From the NCBI GenBank assembly GCA_030390025.1, contig CM059432.1, positions 104,842,001 through 104,906,000 on the forward strand: 64,000 nucleotides of DNA, given 5' to 3'. A program made the position numbers and the translations under genes. The notes beneath the pieces were generated by a model, which saw only the letters and a program-made list of their open reading frames with translations, did no database searches and was not told where the DNA came from. Origin of the DNA: Squalus acanthias (taxonomy: Eukaryota). Below are positions 1 through 12,112 of the stretch, one piece after another; the stretch's first letter is position 1, and every line of letters starts with the position of its first letter.

Positions 1-127
1 GGAGGGAAAAGGGATGAGAAAAAAATGCATTATATATCTGTAAGGCTGTCACAGAATCTATTTGAAAAAATTGCTTCCTGCCAATTCTCCCCACCCATCC
101 TGAAGATATTGACTCTTTGCTGGGGTA

Positions 128-248
128 TAGACATAGAAACATAGAAACTAAGAGCAGGAGTAGGCCATTCGGCCCGTCGAGCCTGCTCCACCATTCAATA
201 CGATCATGGCTGATCATCCAAATCCAGTACCCTGTCCCTGCTTTCTCA
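128..248 (-). mobile_element. CR1 (HER1-type) LINE 3' end fragment
   Basis: Reverse complement of the CR1 3' UTR and (TTCTATGT)n tail, also seen at 33464-33608 and ~56100-56190. Confidence 0.8.
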
Positions 249-249
249 C

Positions 250-527
250 ACAGAATCCCCATCGAGCCTGCACCGACACATATCCCACCCTATCCCCGTA
301 ACCCCACATATTTAATCCCCCCCCTAACACTAAGGGTCAATTTATCATAGCCAAATCAACCTAACCCGCACATTTTTGGACTGTGGGAGGAAACCGGAGC
401 ACCCGGAGGAAACCCACGCAGACACGGGGAGAATGTGCAAACTCCACACAGACAGTCACCCGAGGCCAGATTCGAACCCGGGCCGCTGGCGCTGTGAGGC
501 ACCAGTGCTAACCACTATGCCACCGTG
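250..527 (-). mobile_element. HE1-type V-SINE (tRNA-derived)
   Basis: Minus strand has an A box (GGTGGCATAGTGG), a B box (GGTTCGAATC) and the V-domain TCTGCGTGGGTTTCCTCCGGGTGCTCCGGTTTCCTCCCAC. Confidence 0.9.
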
Positions 528-875
528 TTGTGTGGTTTACAAGTTACTCTCCAATATCACACCCAAGTGTTCATTAATCATGTAGTAGCCTCAACAGTGA
601 ATGTCAGCAGGCTTTTTGACGGTAGGGGACATCATAGCCACGCTCAAACCTGCCCTCATCTGACATCCACACTTCCAGCAGCAACCAATGGATCGCAATC
701 AGGAGTAGAAACCCTGGATGATTTTTCCCTTTCTAACCAAGAGGCATTGAAGATGAGGCCAATTGTAACACTTGTACTGCAGCCTCGCTGTGACCAGCTA
801 ATCCTGTACACACCAGGGATCAAACCTGGGACCTCTGTAGTCTGTGCAGCTCAGCTAACTCAATGAACTACCAGA
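528..875 (-). mobile_element. Ancient tRNA-derived SINE (AmnSINE2-like). Its 3' part continues at ~70-127, so it was split by the CR1/HE1 insertions
   Basis: Shares motifs with about a dozen diverged copies in the window. Family name from memory. Confidence 0.55.
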
Positions 876-1116
876 GAAGCAATTCAAATGTTTTTTAGGA
901 ACTATATATGTGGAAATACAGTGGAAACCTGCTTAAACAAATTGGCCAATAAAACTTATTTGTTTACCTGGGCTGTTCTACAAAGCTATTTTTCCTTCAT
1001 ATGCGCTCAAACTGACTCTCCTGAGCTGCTGCTGCCTCCCATTTGACGTATCTTCTGAACCTCATGCTATTATAATATCACAGCTGAAGTAAACTGTTGC
1101 TATGATTTAATCTCAG

Positions 1117-1490
1117 GGCTCAAAGTATGCATCAGAAGGAGGCCTGGGGCAGGGATGAGGGGAAGCCCGGGGCGGGAAAATCGAACGGGGGGGGGGGCGG
1201 GGAGGGAATTTGCAGAGGGGAAACTAGAGGTGGGAGGAACTTTGATTCCACCAAGAGTTAAGAGTAACTCAATGAAATTGCGCTGATGACTAATATTAAT
1301 ACTAGTAGTTCGATGACGTCAGCGAGCCCGAGGTTTTAACAGCAGCAGCCGGTGACATTACAGAGCCAGCGGGGCGTACTGAGGCGGGAAATTTAAATAG
1401 CTAATCTCCCGGGCTGCTGGAGGCACAGCTCTGGAGAAGTACCCCCGATTCCGGGAAATTCCAGGTCATTCCGGGAGGGTTTGGAACCCT
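1117..1490. mobile_element. GC-rich probable non-autonomous DNA transposon remnant
   Basis: CpG-rich patch ending in GGGAGGGTTTGGAACCCT, which resembles AGGGTTGCCAACCCT-type termini. Left end unclear. Contains TGACGTCA at 1314-1321. Confidence 0.35.
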
Positions 1491-1719
1491 AAACCACACT
1501 CCATTACAAAGTTCAGTTACTGATAAAACAAGTAGCCCCTGAAATGCAAAAGCCTGATAATATTCCAATGACCACCAATGAAGCTGAACTTTAAACCAGC
1601 TGCCAGCCACCGTTGCTCTTCAGTTAAGGGCCTCACTTTGACCTGGCCCTCACCTTCCTCCGCTTGTGCTTCAATTGCCACATCCTGTTCTTCCTCCACT
1701 TGGTTCTCATTGTCTGGAT

Positions 1720-1955
1720 ATCATAACCATAGAAGTTCACAGCACAGAAGAGACCATATCTGTTCTGGCTCTTTGCCAGAGTTATCCAAATACCAATCCC
1801 ATAGCCTAGCTTTATCCCTAAAGTACTGTATTTTCTCCTGCTTCAAACATTTATCCACTTTTTCCTTAAAAGATGCAATGGTCTCTGAATCGACTGCTCT
1901 GTGACAAAGCATGCTCCAACAACTCTCTGCATAAAAGGTTTCTCCTAATCTCACT
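1720..1955 (-). mobile_element. Old CR1 3' fragment
   Basis: ORF 1721..1954 resembles the CR1 ORF2 C-terminus (AVDSETIASFKEKVDKCL). Confidence 0.7.
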
Positions 1956-2494
1956 CAATATGAGATCTAAGAAAATTCCTTGTGCAGGATGTCATTTATC
2001 AGGTACAGTTATCAGTTTAACTCGGCTTTCACTGCAAGAGTGACGCAGGAATCAAAATAAACCTATAATGAATTGTTCCAAATTTGCTATCAAAACTAAA
2101 AGAAACATTATGATTCATGCAAAGCTCTGCCCATAACTAGTGAATAGCCGAGTCCACGCCTTGTGTTCTCAGGGATTATCATAACCATAATTGGATGGAT
2201 GCAACATCATGACTGCCTGCTTGAATTTTGCCACAAGTCCGACTTTGAGCCAACATATTTACAAACCATTCACTCCTCTCCCTATAAACCTATACGTATT
2301 AATTTATCATTCCTCAACACGACTTTACTGAACGAGATTTGTTAAGTATATTACATTTGATGACAACATTGCTCATTTATTGCACTGGCACGTGCTTATA
2401 TTGTGATGCACAAGGTATCGCAGTTGTGTGGGATAGACTGGATGGACCAGAGGGTCTTTTCCTATCCGTCATTGTTTGTATGTACCTAGGCAAC

Positions 2495-2775
2495 GAATGT
2501 CAGCAGATAATTGTGAACATCGCAGCTGAGCCTAATCCTGACCTCATTCAACATCTGCACAAGTGCTTTCCAGCACAGGACACACGATCAGGAGCAGGAA
2601 TCCTAGCTGATTTATTCTCTCGCTAGCCCAGGTGAACGGAGGCCACTGGAGTGCCCCTATCTGCATCCTGGCTGAGATCCACTAACTCGGTACAGACAGG
2701 GATCAAACCTAGGACCTTCTTGAGCTGCAAGACTTTCCAAACTGGGCAGTGCATTTACAACAAACTGAGCTAATG
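2495..2775 (-). mobile_element. Ancient SINE (AmnSINE2-like) copy
   Basis: Motifs GATCAGGAGCAGGAATCCTAGCTGATTT, GCTGAGATC and GGGATCAAACCTAGGACCTTC are shared with other copies. Confidence 0.6.
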
Positions 2776-2805
2776 GAGAATCTGGTGTACATTAAATATT
2801 CTTAC

Positions 2806-2895
2806 CTCAGTGGTAGAAAGAACAGTGTCTTCATCAAGGCTAAGGACTGCATGTGTATTGATGGCATCATACGGAAGAAAGCGGTTGCTCATAAC
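2806..2895 (-). CDS. EXT1: EXT1-family exon 8 (90 nt): [30 protein letters not shown], containing the DxD (DED) motif
   Basis: Within ORF 2770..2958. CAG/GTAAGA boundaries. Confidence 0.95.
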
Positions 2896-3709
2896 CTGAA
2901 CATATACAGAAAAACAAAAGTGCGTAACTAGTTTTACATCTTCAAGGGTGGTAAACATGAGACAAGTGTAGTCTTATGAAAAGGCCTGATAAATGTTTGT
3001 TGTCAAATTGATATTTATCACAGACATTGGATAACATCACCGCTGAAACTACATTGACACATTCCGACACCGATAGTTCTAATTTAAATACAGCTGTGCG
3101 TTCTTCCCCTATCTCTAGAAGGTACCTGCTTCACACGAAATGCAGAGACAGACTCTACAAGTCATTGCCAAATTATTCTAACAAGAGGTAACATGCAACG
3201 TCATTTGACTTAGTCTCAAAATGAATGTTTACTAAAGTTAGCAATCATAGGAGTGTTGAAAGGCTTTATGTGTTTCCACAACACTCTCCATGGAGGAAGC
3301 CATTTGATTCTACAAATTACTGCCTTTGAATTACAATTGCTGTCTCCCACAGCTGCGTGATTTTGGGAACCTTTAAATGCTTGGCTTCTCCCCGCCCCCC
3401 CCCACCAAATTTTAAAATGTATATATCAAATACAAGCAAACATTCTGTTAAAGTTAATTCTCCATAAAGTGCAGGACTCCTGGTGCCACGTTTACTGGAT
3501 TGATAATAAAGTTTAGTCTCGGCAACATCAAGTCCAAGTTGAGGCACAAGAGAGGCAACAGATTTGGATTTCCACTCTACCAGATATGTTCTGGTGCAAA
3601 CTGGGAAATGGTTATTTTTGATATTTCACATTATTAAAAAAGGTGCACAGAATTTTCAAACAACTTTACATTTTTTTTTAAAGAGTCTAGCCAGAAAGCT
3701 CAGTGGTGC

Positions 3710-4065
3710 AATTTTTCCCAATTTTCTTCAACTTCGCTCTTAAAGAAACTGACTCTTGCTGGAGTGTGGTTGTCAGGGCACCAGCAACCCTCTGGTATGC
3801 CACCCAGTGGCTGATCTCCTGACCTTATGCAAGCTTAGATGGTGAGTGTAAATGGGCTATTTGACTGTGGACATCACAAACAAGTCCAGTTCTGTTCTCA
3901 CCTAACATCCACATAAGGAGTGGGAACCTCACTCATTTTCCAACTCCCTAACTGAGGGACACTGAGGCCACTGGAGCAACTCATTTGCTGGCTATGCTGA
4001 GATCCATTAACTCAACTCAGTGATATTCTAGTTTCTAGGGTTTATAATACAATGCCTTTTGTCCA
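3710..4065 (-). mobile_element. Ancient SINE (AmnSINE2-like) copy
   Basis: Same motif order as the other copies, highly diverged. Confidence 0.5.
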
Positions 4066-4319
4066 CTAGGCCAAACTCTATATTCTAATTATTGTCAAGG
4101 TATCATTCAACAAAGATTCCTTTAATGAAAAGAAGTTTCACTTAATATGGTACAGTAATAAAAATACTCCTGTGAGAAAGGAAAATGTTATCATTTACTT
4201 AAGGTTCGAGACAACGGAAGGCAAATTCATGCATATTTATGTATGAATGAAGGACAAAATAATCTCATCCACCCACCCCATTCCTAGCAGTATTGCACTT
4301 TGGGGGAAGCATGTTCTGT

Positions 4320-5100
4320 ATAGAATCAGAATGGTTACACAGCACAGGAGGAAGCCATTTGGCCCGTCGAGCCCGTGCTGGCTCTCTGCAAGAGCACTTC
4401 AGCTAGTCCCACTCCCCCGCCCTTTCCCCGTAGCCCTGCAAATTTTTTTCCTTCAGATATTTATCCAATTCCCTTTTGAAAGCCACGATTGAATCTGCCT
4501 CCACCACCCTTTCAGGCAGTGCATTCCAGATCCTAACCACTCACTGCGTAAAAAAGTTTTTCCTTACGTTGCCTTTGGTTCTTTTGCCAATCACCTTAAA
4601 TCTGTGTCCTCTGGTGCTCGACCCTTCCACCAATGGGAACAGTTTCTCTCTATCTACTCTGTCTAGACCCCTCATAATTTTGAACACCTTTATCAAATCT
4701 CCTCTCAACCTTCTCTGCTCTAAGGAGAACAACCCCAGCTTCTCCAGTCTATCCATGTACCTGAAGTCCCTCATCCCTGGAACCATTCTTGTAAATCTTT
4801 TCTGCACCCTCTCTAAAGCCTTCACATCCTTTCTAAAGTGCGGTGCCCAGAATTGGACACAATACTCCAGTTGAGGCCGAACTGGTGTCTTATACAGGTT
4901 CATCATAACTTCTTTGCATTTGTACTCTATGCCTCTATTTATGAAACCCAGGATCCCATATGCTTTTTTAACTGCTTTCTCAACCTGTCCTGCCACCTTC
5001 CAACGATTTGTGCTCATATATTCACAGGTCTCGCTGTTCATGCACCCCGTTTAGGATTGTACAATTTAGTTTATATTGCCTCTCCTCATTCTTCCTACCA
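4320..5100 (-). mobile_element. CR1 LINE, 5'-truncated (ORF2 C-terminus plus 3' UTR)
   Basis: ORF 4541..5041: LYKTPVRPQLEYCVQFWAPH...LEQRRLRGDLI...TRGH. Confidence 0.95.
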
Positions 5101-5204
5101 AGTATATGCCAGGACAAGTGGGACTTGGGTTCATTTGGTTTCTTTTTACAGAGCGCACAGACATAATTTAAAAAAATGCACTCATTGGTCAAAAAGATGC
5201 TTTG

Positions 5205-5870
5205 TACAACAACAACTTGCATTTATATAGTGCCTTTAAAGTAGCAAAACGTCCCAGGGCGCTTCACAGGTGCAATTATCAAACAAAATTTTACACCAAG
5301 CCACATAAGGAGATATTAGGACAGGTGAGGTAGGTGTTAAGAAGTGTCTTAAAGGAGGAGAGGGGTAGAATGGCGGAGAGGTTTAGGGAGGGAATTCCAG
5401 AGCTTAGGGCCTGGGTAAATGAAGGCACGACTGCCAATGGTGGGGCGAAGAAAATTGGTGATGCGCAAGAGGCCAGAATTGGAGGAGCGCAGAAATATCG
5501 GAGGGTTTTAGGGCTGGAGGTTACAGAGATAGGGAAGGGCGAGGCCATGGAGGCATTTGAGAACAAGGGTGAGAATTTTAAAATTGACGTGTTCCCAGAC
5601 TAGGAGCCAATGTCAGTGTGCACAGGGGTGATGGGTGAACGGCACTTGGTGTGAGATAGGATACGGGCAGCAGAGTTTTGGATCCGCTCAAGTTTACGGA
5701 GGGTGCAAGGTGGGAAGCCGGCCAGGGGATCATTGGAATAGTTGAGTCTACAGGCAACAAAGGCATGGACGAGGGTTTCAGCAGTAGATGAGCTGAGGCG
5801 GGGCGGAGCGGAGCGGAGCCGGTGATGTTAAGGAGGTGGGAGTAGGCGGTCTTGGTGATGGAGAGGAGAT
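5205..5870 (-). mobile_element. L2-clade LINE 3' fragment
   Basis: Minus-strand tail GCACTATATAAATGCAAGTTGTTGTTGT. Body encodes L2-like LWNSLP and FKTLL motifs. Confidence 0.85.
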
Positions 5871-6987
5871 GTACAGCAGCTCCAATGTCCCAATAGCACA
5901 GCTGAAGTTCTCCAAGTACTTATTTTACAGGAAGAAAATGAGTCCGATTTAACTGGTCAGCAAAATTAAATCTGAAGGAAAAGTGACAAAGAAACATCTC
6001 AGTTGATCTGAAATAAAGAAACACGGGAAATCACTAAGGAGTCCTATATACATTGCAGCTGCAGGATGTTATTGGAAAGCGAAGTGAAGGCCATGGCATG
6101 GATTGTAAAAACTGTCAAACATTAAACTCAAACACCACTTTGTAGAGTAGATGTGATCATTTTAAATGCCAAATCTGTATTTAATGTTGAACACACTATA
6201 GTATTTACATAATTTATCCTTATCCTATATATACTTGCACCTTAAAGCAGAATTCTTGCTATAACTTTTCTAGCAGGGGTTTGGGACATCCTACATGTGC
6301 CAGTAGATCATCATTAGGCAGATGAAAGCGCAAAAAAATGGGGGCATGTTTCACAGCACTAGGAACGCCAGCATACTGCACTTTTCAATGAAAGCCCTCA
6401 TGAACCAAGCTACTTTCATATGATCACTGCACAAAAAGCCAAAACATTGATCCACCCACATGCAGTAGTCATGAAAGTCTATGCAAAGCTTTTCTTTAAA
6501 AAAATAACTTGTAACTAGAATCCTCAGTGCAAGTATAACAAATTGCTCAGGACACAGACCATATAAACCACAAATATTACTGGGATTGAAATTACTGGGC
6601 CCAATGCCAATTGATAGTTTATTTTTTGTAATCCATTGATCCTGATTGTATATCCTCTCTGCATATAAACTTTCACAGTTAGGGTGCTGGGTCAGTATGT
6701 GAGCTCGACCAGAGACAAACATTTTAAACTGTTTGGCACTCTATCAGCACAGATTCAAGCACACTTTATTCTGATTCTGATGCACGGGTGTGTCTTTTAT
6801 CCCCCAATCATAATTTTTTTGGCAAGTAGGTCACAGCTTATATTCCAAAGTACACAAAAAGTTATCAAAGTCAGCAAATCCTTTATGTAATCTCCCCACT
6901 CTGTCAATTCATAGGGCAAAGTGAATTGAAGACAAGTATTGCATGTGAGTAAAAAGTGTGCATCATTAAGCATACAAGAAAACTTAC

Positions 6988-7083
6988 TTTATTTTCTCCT
7001 TCAATTACCAGTACAGGTACAGTAGTGGAGGGCCAACGGTGTTTGGCTGGCAAAGGTTTGTCACAGTCCCATAACACAATAAC
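6988..7083 (-). CDS. EXT1: EXT1-family exon 7 (96 nt): [32 protein letters not shown]
   Basis: Within ORF 6904..7122. CAG/GTAAGT boundaries. Confidence 0.95.
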
Positions 7084-7544
7084 CTGCAAACAACCAACCA
7101 CCATCATGATTAATACAGTCACAGAATTTACATTGCCACTAATTTTGTGCCAATTAAAATGCTCTGTTCCATAAATTACTATTCATTAAAAACACAATTA
7201 CTTACTCCAAAATTATATTCTGTCATACATTTTACTTTTAGAATACTTTAATATTTCTCAGCCTTTCACTTATAAACAGACCACAGAGCTATAGACTAAC
7301 ATCTCAAGTAAAATCAATCCAATTCAAAAGGGGCAACCACAAGGGAAATTGTTTGATTCTGGTGTGTGTGGTGGGGGGGGGGGGGGGGGGGGCGGAAAGA
7401 AAAATAAAACACTGTGAACCAAGATTTTTTTGCAAGTCTTCCATTTTCAGTTTACAAGTGGATACTGTGGTATATGGAGCAACATATAGCTTTACCGTAG
7501 AAATGGCACCACAATGTTAATGATTTACACATCATAAACAGATA

Positions 7545-7940
7545 GTGCGTTTATCCAGAAAGCAGCCAAACCACACAGACCAGGAAGGTCAAGGTTCGAT
7601 CCCCAATCGGTGTTGAACTAGCTGATCTCAGCTGCTGCAATGGTAGGGGTACTAGCTTGGAAGGGGAAAGGAAATAAAACAAATCCGCCCGTATTCCAAC
7701 TTCTGATCGCTATCTAACCACACCGGCTGGAAGTGGGTGTGTACGTACATTGGGGGAAGACAGGCTTGGGTTCAACTGTGATGACACCACAGCCAAATAG
7801 GTTGTTGACATTTACTGTCAAAACTCATACATGAGTAATGGCCAATTAGGCGAGGTACCAGTAGGCACTTGGCACCTGTAAAATTGGTCTACAGCATGGA
7901 GTTGATGTCTTCAGAAGGGCAGGGAAGTAAATTGGCGAGG
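7545..7940 (+). mobile_element. Ancient SINE (AmnSINE2-like), the best-preserved copy
   Basis: CCACACAGACCAGGAAGGTC..GGTTCGATCCC (B box)..AGCTGATCTCAG..TGATCGCTATC..AATGGCCA..GGCGAGGTACC. Confidence 0.65.
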
Positions 7941-8019
7941 ATTTTTATAAAACACAAATCTTCACCCAACCTCTAAAAAGCAAATTTTGCTATATATAAC
8001 AGAAAAATGGTCAGTCTAC

Positions 8020-8138
8020 CTGGGCACAATATTGGGACTTAGCTACTGCTACTAGGAGTTTTAGTATTGGCTGTGACTGCGAAACCAGCGGAGTCACTGC
8101 ATGGATAACGGCAGTAAACTTGGATGAAGGCTTTATAC
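8020..8138 (-). CDS. EXT1: EXT1-family exon 6 (119 nt): (G)[39 protein letters not shown], start of the GT64 domain
   Basis: Manual translation. CAG/GTAG boundaries, phase 1 start matches exon 5. Confidence 0.95.
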
Positions 8139-8329
8139 CTGAAACCAAAAACACAGGAGAACCTTAAAAATCAGTGTATGAATTCACAAAACAACTCAAA
8201 TGTAGAACACATGTACATATATCTAAGACATGAACCTAACCAGACAGTATGTTTAATAATATATAGTACAGTCCATTAAACCTTGTAGCTAAACACATTA
8301 GCATCCCACATTAGGAAATTCAATACAAT

Positions 8330-9056
8330 GGCCCAGAATTTGCTGGAGTGGGGCATTTCACGGCGTGCCTCATTAGTTAGACTTTTTTCCCCTTTCCCCT
8401 TCAGCTCAAAATCTTTTTGCATCACAAATTGCTGGAAGTGTGAGCTGATAATGGTGCAGCTAGGTTAATGAGGCATCTGGGAACTTGGTGAACAATGGGA
8501 TCAATAAGGTTATCTCTTAACCATTGAGATTTAAGGATTGAGAAAGAAACAGAGGAACGTCAGAGAAGGAATTAGGGTCAAATCAGGTACAGGAAGAGAA
8601 ATAAATAGAGGGAAAGAAAAATTGGATTGTGAGAGAGAGAAAAGAGACAGAAAGGAAAAGAAAGAAAGAAAAGAACATTTTACTACCTGCTGGAGTGAGA
8701 CTCCATAGTTTCAATTGTTCCTTTTCTGGGCCAGAAAGGCTGAGTGGCATTGCAGGAACGTAAATCTCGTTATTAAAAGGGTTCTTACACTGTTAAGTAC
8801 CAGTTCTAACGTTTTGCGTTGAGTTTAATTTGTAATTAATGCACAAATGCAGCAATTTCTTGAAACTCACTGGGAGGTTGAAGGCGAGTTCCCGTTTTTA
8901 CGAGGTTAATGATGGAGTGGTGCAAATCGTCCAGCCATTTGTGGCAATCCGCAACTATGGGGATTCTCTTCCTCGCCACAAATTGCTGGACAATTTGCAC
9001 ACTAATAATAGCTTTTGCATTAAACTCGCCGTTATTTTCCCTGAAGATTCTGGGCA
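8330..9056. mobile_element. Non-autonomous TIR element (PIF/Harbinger-like MITE)
   Basis: Termini GGCCCAGAATTT / AGATTCTGGGCA, flanked by AAT on both sides. Confidence 0.7.
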
Positions 9057-9582
9057 AATGTAACTGTGAAAGAGCACCACAACATAAAATCACTTATCTA
9101 CATTATTGTAGCCTCATTTGTAAATAACTATTTAAAAAGGAATTCAACTTTGCAGTGGTCATTCCATAAGTTTGAATCAATAATTATTTTATAATGCAGA
9201 AGTTGGCTTCTACCATATTTAGTCATATGCAGATATCCTAAAACATCAAAAATGAGTAAAAGCTAAAGATTGCTACTCTAAGTATTGCTGCATTCATAAA
9301 ATTCTTCTGCAACTACATCAGTACAGAGTGTCAGTGAACTGTGAAATTTCCATCTCGGCATGTTTGCCTACCCTGTCAATGCCATACATGGAAGTAATCT
9401 AACATTCAGATTCCAGTTTATTTTGATGATAATATATGGTTAATGCATTGTATCATTATAAATTTTATACCATAACTATACAGTAATTATATTTTATACA
9501 ATAAAAGGTTTCAACATGAAGTGGATTACCAATATAATCATTTTTTTTCATATAAGCCTGAATTACTTTGCATTTTACTTAC

Positions 9583-9715
9583 CTAGATAAGAATAATAAA
9601 ACGGAAAATCTCCTAGATGTGTTGAATACTGTGGCTGACTAAACAATCCTCCTGGAGGTTTATTCCAAATTAAGCCATTGCGAGATATATGGTTAAGAAT
9701 CCTGTCTTGAATTAT
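9583..9715 (-). CDS. EXT1: EXT1-family exon 5 (133 nt): [44 protein letters not shown](G)
   Basis: Contained in ORF 9575..9829. TTTTTTTAAG acceptor, GTAAGT donor, ends in phase 1. Confidence 0.95.
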
Positions 9716-10124
9716 CTTAAAAAAATACACAGTTAGTAATACTAGTGACGTCCTAATAGAGATTATGATCTGGGGTTGTATAATTTGCAAACAATGGCAA
9801 GTTAACAGTAATTTATTTTTCATATCCACCCAGCGACTGCTGTCTGTTTAGTTTCTAGAACTCTGAACAAAGTGTACAGGTGGAATGGTGACGCAAATAC
9901 ATTTAATTTTTATGCAGCCACAATAAATGTTGCAACATCTAATTTAAACATTGCTTGAAGATGCAACTTGTTATCGTGAAAGATAAAAATAAACTACCAC
10001 TATAAAATCTACAGTAAATTAGTAAAAGTGACGACTTACAAAGGTAAAATAAGCTTTCAGTTTTTTTTATGATGGAATAACCCAGTATTTTAAGTTAAGC
10101 TATTATACAATCTGTTTCAACAAC

Positions 10125-10360
10125 CTAATGGGCAAAGCACAAAGAACCAGAAATTTCCAGCCTCGATTCCCAGTCTACGCTGAATTTGCTTATCTCAGCT
10201 AGAGGTGTATTGGGGTGTAACAATTCGGCTCTAGGCTAGAGAGTGGGGGAGGGTAAAGGAAGAGATCAACCATGCTTCTCACTGCTGATTGCTATCCAGT
10301 TACACTTCCTGGAAAGCATGGATAACGGGTCAGAATAGGGTTGTTTTCAACTACGATGCC
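10125..10360 (+). mobile_element. Ancient SINE (AmnSINE2-like) copy
   Basis: Diverged copy of the 7545-7940 family. Confidence 0.5.
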
Positions 10361-11920
10361 CCGTCACACCTTTGGTGTTTTACACTAGGTATTTCAGCAA
10401 TGGGCACCCTGGTTGATATCTTCTTCACCCTTGAACTTTAAACAGAAGGTTACTTGCTGTAGTTTCAATCTGGCCTAGCCTCCCTGCTGGCTGGCTCAAA
10501 ACAAACACTTATCACTCAGGCTGCAGGCTGCAAAACTCAAATACCGACTATAGACCGCCCACTTTCTCAGGCAAGCTTACCTATAAAAATACAATCTAAA
10601 CGCCTTTGAAGTTATATAGATGACTGCATTTCTCATAATTATATGCGATCCATCAATTTTGGATGGCTAGCCAACCTCTAAGTGGCAAAGATGTTTGCTC
10701 AACGGGCCGAATGGCCTCCTTCTGTGCTGCAGCCATTCTACGATTAAACATAATGGCTCTGGTCAAGTAAACCAGTTTACGCATTAGGCAGCCCATTGTG
10801 GTTGCCTTCACCTTGTGAAACCCCCTCAGCCAGCCTGTTTGGGCCCTGAGGTAATACCCCCATCTGTTGAGAAATACACTGTGTCTCTGTGGGATTTTAA
10901 CTCCTTACATGCTGATTCTAGCCTTAAAGAATCCACATCCAAAATTTCATAAAGACAAAAGTACATTTTTGTCACATGGCCCCACTGACAACTAGCCTGC
11001 AGATACTCACTGTCTAGTCTTGCGCATTAACAATACCACTTGGGCATAGTTCTGAAGGGCTGCTGACATTTGTATAGAGTACCCCACTAATTTAGCACTA
11101 TCAGTAAAGAAAGTTGGGGGAAAAAAGCATGAGCAGGAGAAATACTTTATTCATATTAAAAACACTTCATAAATTTAGAATCAGCTTTTCACACAGACTT
11201 TTCAAAGTAGTCTTAAGACTCGTTTCATACCAACTTCAAAATTTAGTAAAATTATCTGTTCAAAATGAATGGAAATGTGAAATCACTGTTTCACATTATG
11301 ATTCTATGTTGATATGTTCATTATCGTCTCTTAAGGGCAACCCAATAAATACACCAAAGTGGTTTTACACAAGATTCCTGAAGAACTAGAAGTTAAAATA
11401 TTCAATGCTCTCTTCCATTTAAGTAGTTTGTCAAATATGTGATGAGGTAAGACGCATTGCATATAATTTATTCAGCTGGAAATCTTCTGGGATACAACCC
11501 ACGCATTTATAGCATCACGGCATTTCCAGATTGTTTATGGAGCACCCCCTCCCCCCAGAAAAATCATCAAAACAGTCAATTATTTTGCATGTTGTATATG
11601 TAAAAATGAGGAAATTGTGATGGATTGGATAAGCTTTCCACATATACTGTTGAACTTGCTGTTGGAAAGGTTAGTCAAAATCTTCATAATAGACACAACT
11701 TGGTCACGATGAGCAGAAATTAATCTGATAATCAGTTCCATACATCTACCCAATTATGAAAGCTTAAGGTTTAAATAATTTCCAAATGGGTTTTAACACT
11801 CACCAAAAACCCACAGCCTCTTAGAATTGGTTCAGAATGTACAAATCCTCTATTACTAATTGCTCTAGGGACATACAACAGTTTTCATTGTTGGATAAAA
11901 GGCCAAATTGGCATGTATTA

Positions 11921-12112
<192 letters not shown>

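Noticed and set aside
455-527. tRNA-like sequence with A and B boxes (also 62466-62540)
   Set aside because: It is the head of a SINE, continuous with the SINE body.
1-2800. EXT1 exons 9-11
   Set aside because: No VDFAFTVWQSFPERIVGYP-like coding sequence was found, so they are presumably beyond the left edge.
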